DNA of 64,000 nt from Dicyema japonicum. Lineage: Eukaryota; Animalia; Dicyemida. Each line of letters opens with the position of its first letter. The stretch's first letter is position 1. Both the position numbers and the translations under genes were made by a program. The stretch covers positions 93,990 through 157,989 of the forward strand of contig RDEW01000025.1 in NCBI GenBank assembly GCA_011109175.1. Direction: 5' to 3'. This document shows, piece after piece, positions 62,929 through 64,000 of this stretch. The notes under the pieces were generated by a model that worked only from the letters and a program-made list of their open reading frames with translations, was not told the origin of the DNA and made no database searches.

Positions 62929-64000
62929 ATGTTGTTAATATTTTTTTCATTGATCACAAAAATCGAAGTTGAACATAATATAATATTTTATGGAGATTAT
63001 TTTTTGACAAATATCAATGAGAAAGTATTTAATAATAAATATTATAGAAAACAATCGATTTATTCAGAATAACATCAAATCAAAACGGAAATAAATTGAA
63101 GTATAAAATCAAGAAATACAATTTAACTGTCGAATTGATCATTCAACATCTAAGAATTCTATGACATAACAATGAAAATTGAATTAAATTCCAGTAATTT
63201 AATATTTAACTATTAAAGGCAATAAAACCTATACAAATACAATAAACATCGCACATATCAAAAATGGAGAATATTACAGATGTGGAGATACTTCCATCAG
63301 TTTAGAGAATGACTATTCTGTCACAATATATTCTTTGATAATACAATATAGAACTGATCTTTATTATTCACATATAACTGGAAGAGGTTTGAATATAATT
63401 TAATAAAGCTCATGACTGTAATCCATCTAACGATCCAAATACTCCAATTTGGTATTTTATGAATGGAAATCAACTCATGGGTTTAATAAGTGGGAATATT
63501 GAAATCGATGAATACACTGATGAACATGTAAAATTTAAAATTTTTATTATAGTTTACACATATTTTTACTTTTAAGAATGTCAAACTCCAAAATTGATTT
63601 TGAAATTGATAGAATTAAGGTGCATCTAAATTTATCCTCGATCCAAATATTTTTTATATTAAAATTAAAACAAAATAAATATTATATTTCGGAAATTACT
63701 TTAATCTACAAAAACAAAAATATGGGGACATGGTATAATAATAATCCGAATTATGTCGACGTCGGAAATCATTATAATTGTAAAATGTTTAGTGTTATTT
63801 TTCATGAAATTCGTGTTAAATTTTTATCATTCAAAGCGCAATTTTTTCCGAAAGGATTTGAATTTCAATTTAATCGGAAATGGTTTGAATTTTGGTAAAT
63901 TTAGATTCTGGGTGTTTTGAAAATGAATTAGCTATAAGAAAGCATATGCTCACTCTTTCACAAAATTATAAAACAATTCTCGAAAATGATAGGTCTAATC
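62929..64000 (+). CDS. Probable Ig-like domain surface/secreted protein, runs off the window end
   Basis: Hydrophobic N-terminus; TINIAHIKNGEYYRC, CNPSNDPNTPIWYFMNGNQL, DVGNHYNC; tiny GT-AG introns. Confidence 0.45.

Overview
AT-rich animal genomic DNA. The genes are packed very tightly and broken by spliceosomal introns of mostly 20-31 nt, so the ORF track fragments or misses most of them. This architecture fits a dicyemid-type mesozoan parasite, which is my inference and not shown by the sequence. Recognisable genes: a GT31 beta-1,3-glycosyltransferase, PDE12, ornithine decarboxylase antizyme, FAM98, an SDS3/BRMS1-family gene, a C/EBP-like bZIP, an XPNPEP3 pseudogene, a DH-PH RhoGEF, MRPL50, OXA1L, HMGXB4, a divergent Ral-like GTPase and a probable Ig-domain surface protein. 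The antizyme is not recovered as one ORF because it needs splicing plus a +1 frameshift at UUU-UGA, followed by an RNA pseudoknot. A three-member family of novel type-I membrane proteins has ectodomain exons more diverged than the flanking introns, making it a candidate variant surface-protein family. Intergenic space is filled with transposons: a near full-length CRE-like retroelement with a twin-priming inversion inside an RTE-like LINE, a MULE with long TIRs, hAT and pogo relics, many Jockey-like LINE 3' ends sharing a terminal hairpin, and a structured tRNA-derived SINE. Scattered 1-nt indels suggest that some frameshifts are consensus errors. Transposon boundaries are approximate unless TIRs or TSDs are quoted.
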